Assembly: GCA_035506955.1 (NCBI GenBank)
Contig: DATJOO010000094.1
Location: forward strand, 3,089-67,088
Reading direction: 5' to 3'
DNA: 64,000 bases
Source of the DNA: Verrucomicrobiia bacterium
GTDB taxonomy: Bacteria; Acidobacteriota; Terriglobia; Acidiferrales; UBA7541
The notes under the pieces were generated by a model. It was not told the origin of the DNA and ran no database searches. It was given only the letters and a program-made list of their open reading frames with translations. The position numbers and the translations under genes were made by a program. This document shows positions 40,001 through 48,932 of this stretch, one piece after another (position 1 is the stretch's first letter; each line of letters opens with the position of its first letter).

Positions 40001-40424
40001 CCCACGACAATCGGTCTTCCGGCAGAATTTCCGGCAGCAAACCGTATTTCGAAGGGCCAAACAGCGCGCCTTGCGTGCTTGCCAGAAACAGCGCGGCCAG
40101 CAACATCGGCATGCTCTGCACAAGAAAACCGAAAATCGCAAACAACATCACGCCAAGTTCGAAGATCTTCGTGCCGATGGTTACCTTGCGCTTGCTGTAG
40201 CGGTCGGCCAGGTAGCCGCCAGTCATGGAGAAAAGAATGAACGGCAGCGCGAACAGCGCTCCAACCCATAGGGTTACGTCTTCCTCCTGCTTTGGCGTCA
40301 GGTTCGTGCCAATGACCAGGTACAGAATCAGAAATTTCAGCGCGTTATCGTTGAAGGCGCCCTGAAATTGCGTGGCGATCAGGCTCCAAAAGCCTACGCG
40401 CCATGAACGACCAGCTTCAGCCAT
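37011..40424 (-). CDS. aas: Aas-type trifunctional protein: LplT-like MFS + PlsC acyltransferase + acyl-ACP synthetase
   Basis: MFS N-terminus (QFQGAFNDNALK, FGPSKYGLLPE), NHTSWVD and IFPEG (acyltransferase), FSSGSTGDPKGV, EGYGCTE, YNTGD (AMP-binding). Confidence 0.93.
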   Translation of the reverse strand: MAEAGRSWRVGFWSLIATQFQGAFNDNALKFLILYLVIGTNLTPKQEEDVTLWVGALFALPFILFSMTGGYLADRYSKRKVTIGTKIFELGVMLFAIFGFLVQSMPMLLAALFLASTQGALFGPSKYGLLPEILPEDRLSWGNGIIELGTFLAAIVGTVVAGQLPGWFGSQQVYSGVFFLGCTLVGFCTSLAITKVPAANPSKKFQINFLGDLWANGTRIRQDRVLWLAVVGNTYFFFLGALLQFDIVFYGRDVLHVASSRGSLLQAAIAIGIGVGSLAAGYLSGGKIEYGLIPLGATGITVFGFLLAVPGLSFGTVLTLLAALGFFGGFFIVPISALLQHRPEEQHRGGVLASANLLSFVGILGASVVYYICKHFLHLGPIGIFFWASAGTLAALAYVLWLLPDSLLRLLLWIAAHTLYRLDLKGQEYIPARGGALLTPNHTSWVDAVLLIAATDRPIRFLMFKGVYDNPAIKPFAKMLKIIPIASDQGPREMIHSLREASEALRNGEVVCIFPEGEITRIGQMLPFRRGFERIVKGIDVPIIPVNIDGIWGSIFSFSGGHFLWKWPRAIPYPVRITFGKPLPSTASAPEVRRAVQDLSVDAFQRRRRYMKPLTRSFMQAARRHPRRFAMADGRTAKLTFGDSLIKAVFLARRLRPLWGHQKMVGVLLPPSIPGALVNWAALLLGKVPINLNYTSSNEAIASCARQCELKTVVTSRQFLEKVPIQPPGEVIYAEDLALNPKFAEKIAALLAAKLLPARLLEWFLGVRKPPALDDTATVIFSSGSTGDPKGVVLSHFNLASNVEQLEQVFHLNANDRILGILPFFHSFGFTGTLCLPPLAGMGVVFHVSPLDAQAIGALVSKYSVTMLLSTPTFLNTYARRIPAEGFGSLRIVMAGAEKLPERIAAGFEDHFGIRPLEGYGCTECSPVVAVNTYDFRAAYFRQVGAKRGTIGHPLPGIAIQIIDPESGESLPPDKPGLLLVNGPNVMVGYLNQPAKTEEVLKDGWYNTGDIAAVDEDGFLRITDRLSRFSKIGGEMVPHIRVEEKLLELLGAEHQVLAVTAIPDEKKGERLAVIHTLKEDALKNLVEKLAKTDLPALWKPRPDQFFFVDKLPYLGTGKLDLRKLREIARAGSTTVAQ

Positions 40425-40547
40425 GCGGCGAGTTCCTCCGGCCGGGCACAGGGTTACAGGGCGATGCCAAATGGTCGCAAACTTTGCCGCAGTTGAGTAG
40501 GAAATTCTAAGTGGTTGTGCCGCACGTGCGCCAACATGCGTTTCTCG

Positions 40548-40612
40548 TCAGGGCACGACTTCAGCCGTGCCGTAAGTCGTGTAGCATCGCTTGCGGCTTT
40601 CGCCGCTGAGGG
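40548..40612. repeat. REP-like double-hairpin element
   Basis: TCAG-GGCACGACTTCAGCCGTGCC...GCGGCTTTCGCCGC-TGAGG between ribD and aas. Confidence 0.6.
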
Positions 40613-40639
40613 CGTTTGTTCGTTCGAACACGGGCTCGC

Positions 40640-41743
40640 CTAAGACTCGTGGCCAAGTCGCGCCTCAATCGCGAAATCCGCACCATGTTGCTGAATCGCT
40701 CGTATACGGAGATGAGGCAGAGCCAAATCTGTCGCCAGCGCAAAAGGGCAAATGGCCCTGCCGGCAATCTTGGGCGCGTAGAAAAGCATAAGTTTGTGTA
40801 CGACGCCCGCCTCGAGCGCTGCGGTGTTCAGTCGCGGGCCTGCTTCCAGCAGCACGCTGAGGATGTCGCGCTTGCCCAATTCTTTCAGCATCAGGTTCAG
40901 ATCGATTTTTCCGCCGCGCATCTTCGCGGAAACCAATTCCACGCCCACATTTTGCAGCTTCCTGGCTTTCGCCGACTTCAGTGACGCCGCCGTAAACACC
41001 AGCACATCCTGTTGCGCACTTTCCACAATGCGAGCTTTCGGAGAGAGCCGCAGTTTGGAATCTAGAATCACGCGAAGTAAACGGCGACGGCGCGGCAAAC
41101 CACTCCGGTCGGTCAGCAACGGATCGTCCGCCACAATCGTGCCGATGCCGGTGAGCAGCGCATCGGAGCTGTGACGCATGCGCTGCACTTCCGCCCGCGA
41201 TTCTTCGTTGGTGATCCACACACGCTTTTTGCTTCTTCGCGTTTTCGGAAGGGCCAACTGCCCGTCAAGCGTCAGCGCGGATTTCAGCGTCACAAAAGGC
41301 TTGTGCGCTGTGATCCAGCACGCGAACGCTTCGTTTAATTTTTGCGCCTCTGCTTCCTGCAATCCCGTTTCGACGGCAATCCCCGCGGCACGCAATCGGG
41401 CAAATCCCGCGCCAGCGGTTTTGGGATTTGGATCTTCCATGGCTGCCACCACGCGGGCAATCCCCGCAGCGATGATCGCTTCGCTGCACGGCCCGGTGCG
41501 TCCGGTGTGATTGCATGGCTCCAAGGTCACATAGAGCGTCGCGCCCTGCGCTTTTGCGCCAGCTTGTTTCAGTGCAACAATTTCGGCATGATCGCGCAAC
41601 GCATATTGGTGAAAACCATCGCCAAGAATCACGCCATCTTTCACGACGACGCAGCCCACGGCGGGATTGGGGCTCGCCAGGCCCACGCTTTTGCGCGCCA
41701 GATCGAGCGCGTGCTCCATGAAGTGCAAATCGTGTTCGTTCAC
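40640..41743 (-). CDS. ribD: diaminohydroxyphosphoribosylaminopyrimidine deaminase/reductase
   Basis: SPNPAVGCV, HAE, TLEPCNHTGRTGPC, ALTLDG, DDPLLT. Confidence 0.98.
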   Translation of the reverse strand: MNEHDLHFMEHALDLARKSVGLASPNPAVGCVVVKDGVILGDGFHQYALRDHAEIVALKQAGAKAQGATLYVTLEPCNHTGRTGPCSEAIIAAGIARVVAAMEDPNPKTAGAGFARLRAAGIAVETGLQEAEAQKLNEAFACWITAHKPFVTLKSALTLDGQLALPKTRRSKKRVWITNEESRAEVQRMRHSSDALLTGIGTIVADDPLLTDRSGLPRRRRLLRVILDSKLRLSPKARIVESAQQDVLVFTAASLKSAKARKLQNVGVELVSAKMRGGKIDLNLMLKELGKRDILSVLLEAGPRLNTAALEAGVVHKLMLFYAPKIAGRAICPFALATDLALPHLRIRAIQQHGADFAIEARLGHES

Positions 41744-41747
41744 AGTT

Positions 41748-42698
41748 TTAGTTGAAGAGCGAATCCGCGTAGGTTTGTGCGTCGAACGGCACTAAATCGT
41801 TGATTTTTTCCCCGGTGCCCACGAAGCGAATCGGCAATCCCAACTCTCTCGAAATAGCCACAACGATTCCGCCCTTTGCTGTCCCGTCCAGCTTGGTCAG
41901 AATGATACCCGTCACACCCACGCTCGAAGTAAATTCACGCGCCTGCGCCAGTCCGTTTTGCCCCGTAGTGGCGTCGAGTACCAGCAGAACATCGTGCGGA
42001 GCGCCCGGAATCACCTTTGCCGCGGTCCTCTTCATTTTTTCCAGCTCGGTCATCAGGTTCGACTTCGTGTGCAGGCGGCCTGCAGTGTCTACGATCACCG
42101 CATCCATGTGGCGGGCTTTTGCGGCGGCCATCGCGTCGTACACCACCGCGGCAGGGTCCGCGCCGGATTTCTGCTTAATGACTTCCACACCATTGCGCTG
42201 CGCCCAGATTTCCAATTGCTCAATGGCGGCCGCGCGAAACGTGTCTGCGGCGCATAAAACCACGCTGCGGCCGTCATGGCGCAAGCGATTCGCCAATTTT
42301 CCAATGCTGGTGGTCTTGCCCGCGCCGTTCACGCCCACAATGAAAATCACCCGCGGATCATTACCATTCGCGGCGTCAGCCAACTTTGGAGTATTTCCCC
42401 ACACATTCAGCGCGCGAAACACGTGCGCCTTGATTTCCTTTTTCAGCTGCTCGCCGTCGGAAAGCGCATTGCGCGCAATCTGCTCCTTCACCGAATCCAG
42501 AATTTCGCGCGTTGTTTTCACTCCTAGATCCGCGGTAAGCAGCGCCGTCTCCACTTCTTTCAAGACCGATGGATCGATCTGCCGCCCGCCCTTGGCGACG
42601 TTATCGAGCGTGTCCGCCAGTGCCGTCTTGGTTTTACTGACGGATTCTTTCAGCCGCTCCAGCAGTGTAGGTTCGGGCTTGCCAAATAGACTAATCAT
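41748..42698 (-). CDS. ftsY: signal recognition particle receptor
   Basis: GVNGAGKTTSIGKLA, ADTFRAAA, DTAGRLH, DATTGQN, TKLDGTAKGG; short NG-only form. Confidence 0.98.
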   Translation of the reverse strand: MISLFGKPEPTLLERLKESVSKTKTALADTLDNVAKGGRQIDPSVLKEVETALLTADLGVKTTREILDSVKEQIARNALSDGEQLKKEIKAHVFRALNVWGNTPKLADAANGNDPRVIFIVGVNGAGKTTSIGKLANRLRHDGRSVVLCAADTFRAAAIEQLEIWAQRNGVEVIKQKSGADPAAVVYDAMAAAKARHMDAVIVDTAGRLHTKSNLMTELEKMKRTAAKVIPGAPHDVLLVLDATTGQNGLAQAREFTSSVGVTGIILTKLDGTAKGGIVVAISRELGLPIRFVGTGEKINDLVPFDAQTYADSLFN

Positions 42699-42772
42699 AC
42701 AGTTCGCTGCGCAAAGAAGTGCGCAACGCAAAATTATAACAGATGAAGAGCTGCGGAACTTCTGGATGAGTC

Positions 42773-43220
42773 TCAGAGTCTCAGAGTCACTTGTTTCGAA
42801 ATCCGTCGGAAAGCATCGCGAAGAAGGATTGAGGAACAGACCAACGGGCCCAAAAGGAGATATGCAGTAAGCGTTAGATCATGGTGGTTTGGAAGCAGTA
42901 TTCTGCCGGCAAAATCAAAGATGTATTGTAAAACGATATAACCAACCCCTAATAAAAAATGCCACTCTTGTATTCAACGGCTGATCCCTAAGGTTTAGCA
43001 CTTTGCGACCAATTAGGATCGCGACAAAGAATAATGATGCCGTTACCACTGCAAAAATTACCATCTCGAAGTTTAATTCGAAAAACGCAAGATTTAATCG
43101 GTCCGTGCGGTCCTTGTCCACGTCGTGAAAAACACAAACTGAGAAAATGTTGATTGGTAAAACTGCGAGTAAAATCCCTAATAAGTACGAAAATGTAAGT
43201 CGCGAGATAGACTGGCTCAA
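42773..43220 (-). pseudogene. AT-rich membrane protein gene interrupted by a +1 frameshift in a T6 run
   Basis: GGAG RBS and TTG start at 43220; frame stops at 42915, but removing one base from the A6 run (42954-42959) gives a continuous 148 aa ORF with further TM helices ending at TGA 42773. Confidence 0.6.
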
Positions 43221-43270
43221 GAGAGTCTCCGTTGCCGAAGTATTCTATCCCCTTGGCTTACCCAAAGAAA

Positions 43271-45055
43271 TTACACGTGCACTTCGACGGCGGAGAGCCT
43301 CAATTTGCCTGCCTTCACGGCGGATTCCAGGGCGTTGACCACGGTTTGATCGAATTTTGAGCCGGTGAGCGCCTTAATGCGGCCCAACGCATATTCCAAA
43401 TCCATCGCTGATTGGTACGGGCGGTTGGTGGTCATGGCGTCCAGCGTGTCCGCAACGGCAATGATCCGCGCCATTTGAGGAATCTGCGGTCCCGACAAGC
43501 CGTACGGATACCCGCGCCCGTCCAAGTGCTCATGGTGCAACTCGATGCCGGGCAGCATATCTTTCAACTGAGAGACCGGGCGCATGATATTGGCGCCCTT
43601 GGTCGTGTGCGTCTTCATGATTTCGAATTCTTCCGGCGTCAATGAACCGGGCTTTTTCAGTACTCGGTCGTCCACTCCGATTTTGCCCACGTCGTGCAGC
43701 AGTGCGCTGATCTTCAGCTTGTCCAGGTCCTCGGCGGACAGCTTCATTTCCTGCGCTATGATCGTGGAGTATTTGGCTACGCGTCCGGAGTGACCGCGCG
43801 TATAAGGATCCTTTTCGTCGATGGCCGCCGCGAGCATGCGGATCGAGCCAATGAACAACTCGCGATTTTCTTCAGCGGCTTCCTTCAAGCGCTCGATGTA
43901 TTCCTCAATGTCGCTGGCCATCAGGTTGAAGTTTTCCGCCAGTTCGCTGATTTCCGCCGCGCCCCGCACGGGAGTCCGTTGATGGAATTCGCCCCGGCTG
44001 ATGGCGCGCGTGGACGCAGCCAGCGAACGGATTGGCCCGCTGATCCCCACTGCGAAAAAGTATCCGAACAAAACCGCGATAAACACCACCACGCTGACGA
44101 ACGCCAGCGCCTGGCGGTTCAATTCCGTAACCCCGGCGTCGGCACGCGCTTCTTGTACGCTGCGCTCGGCGATCACCGCCCAGTTCACCTCCGGGAAGGT
44201 GCTGTAGGTACCTACCACTTCCACGTCGTGCTTATTTTCTTTTTCCGTGAAGCGCACCGTTTCCGTGTTGCGCAGTTCGCGGGGCAGATTCTTGATGAGT
44301 TGCACCAGATGGGATTTCTCGCTCAGGTCTTCGCCCGGCACGAAATGTTTGGTTTCCGGGTGCGCCACGATGTGCCCGAAGTGATCCACGATAAAGACGG
44401 TGCGCCCGCGGACGCTGGCATCCTGCAGCCGGCGCAGGATGGGATCCAGCGAAACTACCGCCGCCAGCATCCCGGTGAAATTATTCCGCGCATCGGTGAG
44501 CGGCACGGCGATAACGAACGCGGGGCGATTGTCCGGTGCCAGTGCTAAAGGATCGCTCCGAAACTTTACCGATTGCAAGCAGCTGACGAACGCACGCTGC
44601 AGCGCCTTGGCCACAAACGGGTCTTGCTCCGCCTGAAAATTTCCCTGCGAAGCGCTGGTGCCTTTGCCATCGCGTCCTACTGCCGTCACGTAAATGAAAG
44701 TGTTGCGATTCGATTCCACAAAGTTTTCCAGCAGCAGTGTCACCTTGGGCATGGCCGCCGGATCGGTGACATTATCGATAAGCCCGGTCAACGTAAGAAT
44801 CTGTCGCTGGCTGATCAGTTGCTGGGTCAGATTGGATTCGAAGAATTGCACTTCCTGGGCCAGCGAACGCGTCATTTCCGTCTGCTGCACGCGCTCCATA
44901 TCCACCAGCTTTTCCTGGCTTAATTCCAGCACCTGGCGATGGTACAAACCGATCGGCAGCGCGCTGACCAGCAGAAGCGCACCGAGCATCAGCCACAGGA
45001 TACGCACCCGCCCGGCGCGGAGGCGCGTCAACAGGGTTGGGAGTGAGACCGCCAT
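43271..45055 (-). CDS. HD-GYP cyclic dinucleotide phosphodiesterase with Cache and HAMP domains
   Basis: TM-periplasmic Cache-like-TM-HAMP; KDPYTRGHSGRV, LHDVGKIG, HHEHLDGRGYPYGL. Confidence 0.93.
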   Translation of the reverse strand: MAVSLPTLLTRLRAGRVRILWLMLGALLLVSALPIGLYHRQVLELSQEKLVDMERVQQTEMTRSLAQEVQFFESNLTQQLISQRQILTLTGLIDNVTDPAAMPKVTLLLENFVESNRNTFIYVTAVGRDGKGTSASQGNFQAEQDPFVAKALQRAFVSCLQSVKFRSDPLALAPDNRPAFVIAVPLTDARNNFTGMLAAVVSLDPILRRLQDASVRGRTVFIVDHFGHIVAHPETKHFVPGEDLSEKSHLVQLIKNLPRELRNTETVRFTEKENKHDVEVVGTYSTFPEVNWAVIAERSVQEARADAGVTELNRQALAFVSVVVFIAVLFGYFFAVGISGPIRSLAASTRAISRGEFHQRTPVRGAAEISELAENFNLMASDIEEYIERLKEAAEENRELFIGSIRMLAAAIDEKDPYTRGHSGRVAKYSTIIAQEMKLSAEDLDKLKISALLHDVGKIGVDDRVLKKPGSLTPEEFEIMKTHTTKGANIMRPVSQLKDMLPGIELHHEHLDGRGYPYGLSGPQIPQMARIIAVADTLDAMTTNRPYQSAMDLEYALGRIKALTGSKFDQTVVNALESAVKAGKLRLSAVEVHV

Positions 45056-45167
45056 CGCAATACATAAATTTTAGAGGACAAACAAGATACGGTAAGGCTG
45101 GCCAGAAGGACAGGCGATGCGCAAATGCCACTGGAACTATCGTACTAACGCGCCGCCACTTCGCCCA

Positions 45168-46172
45168 TCATTCGTGCTTGAGCGGGCGCTCCATAATCGT
45201 CCGAATGGCCTCCCGTGGCGAGTTTCCCAAGTGCAGAATGCTGTGCACCTGTTCGGTGATCGGCAGTTCGATGTTCCTCTCTCTCGCCAACTCCAGTAAG
45301 GCGGCCGTGGTGCCCACACCTTCCGCCACCATGCTCATTTCCCCCAAAATTTCCTGCAACGAACGGCCTCGCCCCAGTTCGAAGCCGACGTGCCGGTTGC
45401 GGCTCAACGCACCGTGACAGGTCAACACCAAATCGCCCAATCCGGCCAGCCCACTTAAAGTTTCGCGTTTCCCACCGAGCGCAACCGTCAGACGCGTCAT
45501 CTCGGCGAGCCCGCGAGTGATCAACGCTGCTAGCGAATTCGCTCCCAGCCCTAAGCCTTGGCACGCACCGGCGGCGATCGCCATCACGTTTTTCATGGCT
45601 CCCGCCAATTCCACGCCCAAAACGTCGTCATTCGTATACAGCCGGAAACTAGGGCCGGCAAATTCTGCTTGGAGAAATGCCGCCAGTGGCCGGTCCTGCG
45701 AGGCCAGCACCACTGCGGTTGGATCCCCACGCGCGGCTTCCAATGCGAACGAAGGTCCAGAAAGTACGGCGATTGTTGGTATAAATTGCAAGGCGAAGAC
45801 CTGGGCAATCACCTCGCTCATGCGCAGATGGGTCGCGGGTTCCAGGCCTTTCGTGGCGCTCACCATGGCTGTGCCTGTGGATATATACGGCGTCGCTTTC
45901 AGGAACACGGCGCGGGTATGGGCGGATGGCACAGCACCCACGACGATTTGCGCGCCTTGCAGCGCCTCGCTCAGATCATTCGAAGCCTCTACACATGCGG
46001 GAATTTGTACACCCGGCAAATACGTGGGATTCTCTCGCTCTTGCTGCATCCCTCGCGCGATCGATGTTTCCCGGACCCAAATGCGAATATCGTGTTTTCT
46101 ACGGCTATGGCTCAGCACGACGGCCAAGCCCGTCCCCCAGCTTCCGCCCCCCAGAATAGCGATGCGGCTCAT
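45168..46172 (-). CDS. gpsA: NAD(P)H-dependent glycerol-3-phosphate dehydrogenase
   Basis: LGGGSWGT, ATKGLE, LSGPSFA, GAMKNV, GLGDLVLTC, SRNR. Confidence 0.97.
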   Translation of the reverse strand: MSRIAILGGGSWGTGLAVVLSHSRRKHDIRIWVRETSIARGMQQERENPTYLPGVQIPACVEASNDLSEALQGAQIVVGAVPSAHTRAVFLKATPYISTGTAMVSATKGLEPATHLRMSEVIAQVFALQFIPTIAVLSGPSFALEAARGDPTAVVLASQDRPLAAFLQAEFAGPSFRLYTNDDVLGVELAGAMKNVMAIAAGACQGLGLGANSLAALITRGLAEMTRLTVALGGKRETLSGLAGLGDLVLTCHGALSRNRHVGFELGRGRSLQEILGEMSMVAEGVGTTAALLELARERNIELPITEQVHSILHLGNSPREAIRTIMERPLKHE

Positions 46173-46810
46173 GCGTCATCGCCTTTCGATTTGGAGAAGG
46201 AAAAGGTCGGCTCCGTGCCGTCCACCAGGCGTTGCAAGTTCGTGTCATGTTTGTAGAACAACAAAACCGCCGCAAACAACGTGCCGATGGTAACTACCAG
46301 CGGCGGCGCATGCCCCGGCGCCCACAGGAAGTAAATCAACAGCGGCATCGCGGCTGCGGCGGCCAGGGACGCCAGCGAAACGTAACGCCACAACGCCAGC
46401 GCCAATGCAAAAACAGTCAATGCTGCTAACGCGGCGAGCGGGCACATCGCAATATAAATGCCCAAAGCGGTCGCGACTCCTTTGCCTCCCCGGAAGCGCA
46501 GCCACACCGGAAAACAATGGCCCAACTGTGCGGCCAGCCCGCCAAACATCATCGCGGTGGCCGAAGAATCGGTGAACTTCGCCGCCAGCCAAACCGCGGC
46601 GGCGCCTTTTCCGGCGTCAAGCAGCAGCGTAAGCATCCCCGGCAAGGGACCAACCACGCGCGAGACGTTCGTGGCTCCAATGTTGCCGCTGCCATGCTCG
46701 CGCACATCTTTCCCCCCCAAAACTTTTGCCAGAATTAAGCCGAAGGGAATGGAGCCAAGCAGATACCCGGCAAGCACGACGATAAGAATGGACTCGGAAG
46801 TTCCGGCCAT
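46169..46810 (-). CDS. plsY: glycerol-3-phosphate acyltransferase
   Basis: YLLGSIPFG, GSGNIGATNVSR, DAGKG, GHCFPVWLRFRGGKGVAT. Confidence 0.97.
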   Translation of the reverse strand: MAGTSESILIVVLAGYLLGSIPFGLILAKVLGGKDVREHGSGNIGATNVSRVVGPLPGMLTLLLDAGKGAAAVWLAAKFTDSSATAMMFGGLAAQLGHCFPVWLRFRGGKGVATALGIYIAMCPLAALAALTVFALALALWRYVSLASLAAAAAMPLLIYFLWAPGHAPPLVVTIGTLFAAVLLFYKHDTNLQRLVDGTEPTFSFSKSKGDDA

Positions 46811-46816
46811 GCAGCG

Positions 46817-47377
46817 CTACGTCTCCGTCACGAAAGGGAACGACTGCACGGTAGTGTACTCCGCCCCCGTAGGTTTCAGCTTACTTTCGATCAGATGGAA
46901 CATGCTGGTGCTAAGCGAACCAAAACTCACCGCAGCACGTTGCTCGATCGCCGCTCCCAATCTTGCGGGCAGACCTGCAGGATCGAAGCGCGCCAGCGTC
47001 AGGTGCGGCGCGAATGGCCGGTTTTCTGCCGGGAAACCGAGCCGGGTCGCAGCATGGTCGATGTCCTCTGCCAACGACCGCAAATTCGCCGAGGCGGCCA
47101 TGCCTGTCCAGAACACTCGCGGCCGTTTTTCATTGGGAAAGAAGCCCAATCCGCGGAATTGCAGCGCGACTGGCTGCGGGCTACGTATCGCCTTCAGCGC
47201 CCGTTCGATTGCGCTCAATTTCTCAGGCTCCGTGTGTCCCAAAAATTTCAAAGTTACGTGAAGATTTTCCGCCCGCACCCATTTTGCCGCGGGTTCAATC
47301 GCCCGCAGTTCCTGCAACAAGTCCGCCAGCGCTTTGCGAACGTCATCTGGAACGGCAATAGCGATGAACAGACGCAC
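46817..47377 (-). CDS. thpR: RNA 2',3'-cyclic phosphodiesterase (2H phosphoesterase)
   Basis: MRLFIAI, LHVTLKFLG and PHLTLAR (two HxT motifs). Confidence 0.95.
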   Translation of the reverse strand: MRLFIAIAVPDDVRKALADLLQELRAIEPAAKWVRAENLHVTLKFLGHTEPEKLSAIERALKAIRSPQPVALQFRGLGFFPNEKRPRVFWTGMAASANLRSLAEDIDHAATRLGFPAENRPFAPHLTLARFDPAGLPARLGAAIEQRAAVSFGSLSTSMFHLIESKLKPTGAEYTTVQSFPFVTET

Positions 47378-47389
47378 AGCCAGTCCTTC

Positions 47390-48658
47390 TCAATTCCCAC
47401 TGCGCCGCGTTTGCGCGTTCCCGTTGTAGAGGAAATGCATCCGTACCATGTCCAGGCCGATCTGCGAGGCGTAGAAGCGAATCGCTTCGCGGTCCCCCGG
47501 CAGGTGTGCCAGCCTCTCTCTAACCTCTGCGGCCCCGGCCACAGCGATATGCACCGTTCCGACCGGCTTTTCTTCGCTGCCGCCGCCCGGCCCGGCAATT
47601 CCGGTGATGCCAACGCCTAGCGTGGTGCCTACACGCCGGCGTATGCCTTCGGCAAGCGCAATGGCCACTTCGCTGCTGACCGCGCCTTTCGCGGCGATCA
47701 TTTCAGCCGCCACGTCCGCCCAGGCCGTCTTCATCTCATTGCTGTAGCAAATGGCGCCGCCCAAGAAATAATTGGAACTTCCGGGAATCCGCGTCAGGCG
47801 TTCGGCCAGTAATCCGCCGGTACAGCTTTCCGCTGTCGCGATGGTGGCGCGATGATCGACTAACAGTTGGGCCACCACTTCTTCCAGCGACGCGTTGGAA
47901 TGCGCAAAAATTCGATCGCCCAGCGCCAACTCAAAGCCACGAATAATTTCGTCCAGAGTTCCATTCGCTTCGATGGGATTTTCGCTCCACCGTCGCAGGT
48001 GAATCTGAATTTCCCCCGGCGCCGCCAGGATCGTGGTGTTCACATCCTTATACCGCGTGTAGATGGGGCGAATCCGCTCTTCGACGTGCGATTCACCGAG
48101 GCCGGTCACGTGTAGTTCCCGGTGGTACATGCGCACAGTGCCCGCTTGCCGCTGCAGCCTCGCCAGTACCTGCTCCAAAAACAGCGGCTTCAATTCGCGC
48201 GGCGGCCCCGGCAAGAGCGCAATCACTCGGCCCTTATCTTCCAACCACAAACCGGGCGCGGTTCCACGCGGATTTTCCAGTACCTCGGCCCCTTCGGGCA
48301 CCATCGCTTGCCGTAGGTTTACCGCGGGCATCTCCCGTTTGAAACTGCGGAAGCGCGCCTCAATCGCCCGCACGACTGCCTCATTCCGCTGTAATTTCCG
48401 TCCCAATAATTCGGCAACCGTTTCGCGTGTCAGGTCGTCCTCGGTCGGCCCCAAGCCCCCGCTGGCTATCACCACGGGCACGCGATTCAGTGCGTCGCGA
48501 AACGCCTCCGCCAACAGTTCGCGGTGATCGCCGACAATCGTCTTGCGCAACACTTCGATTCCCAGCTTGTTTAGTTCTTCGGTAAGGAACAGGGAATTGG
48601 TATCGATGCGATCCGGGGTTAAAAGCTCCGATCCCACAGCAATGATTTCCGCTTTCAT
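47390..48658 (-). CDS. cinA: competence/damage-inducible protein CinA (molybdopterin-binding-like domain + NMN deamidase)
   Basis: AEIIAVGSELL, GGLGPTEDDLT, AESCTGG, GAVSSEVA, GITGIAGPGGG. Confidence 0.96.
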   Translation of the reverse strand: MKAEIIAVGSELLTPDRIDTNSLFLTEELNKLGIEVLRKTIVGDHRELLAEAFRDALNRVPVVIASGGLGPTEDDLTRETVAELLGRKLQRNEAVVRAIEARFRSFKREMPAVNLRQAMVPEGAEVLENPRGTAPGLWLEDKGRVIALLPGPPRELKPLFLEQVLARLQRQAGTVRMYHRELHVTGLGESHVEERIRPIYTRYKDVNTTILAAPGEIQIHLRRWSENPIEANGTLDEIIRGFELALGDRIFAHSNASLEEVVAQLLVDHRATIATAESCTGGLLAERLTRIPGSSNYFLGGAICYSNEMKTAWADVAAEMIAAKGAVSSEVAIALAEGIRRRVGTTLGVGITGIAGPGGGSEEKPVGTVHIAVAGAAEVRERLAHLPGDREAIRFYASQIGLDMVRMHFLYNGNAQTRRSGN

Positions 48659-48737
48659 GGCCCATATTGTAGCGCAGCAACCAAGCCGCGCCGCCACCGC
48701 CGGCTGCTAGCTGGATGAAGACAAGGGAGTCGACGCC

Positions 48738-48881
48738 TTTGTAGCGGCCGCCTTCTGAGGCGGATCATCGATCCGAACCTCACCGTAGTGTCCCGGGAGT
48801 TTCTGGTATTTCTCTTTAGGAGGTGGGGCTTCAACCGCCAGGCAAGTCATCGCCAACGAGAATCGGGCTTCAGCCCCTGAA
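48738..48881. repeat. cluster of REP-like palindromes
   Basis: TTTGTAGCGG-CCGCCTTCTGAGGCGG (48738-48763); GGAGGTGGGGCTTCAACCGCC...GGGCTTCAGCCC-CTGA (48818-48881). Confidence 0.55.
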
Positions 48882-48932
48882 GCCCCTGTGGTTTCCTTTA
48901 GTTTGCTTTCGAGGCAGCACCCCAGTGCGAAC

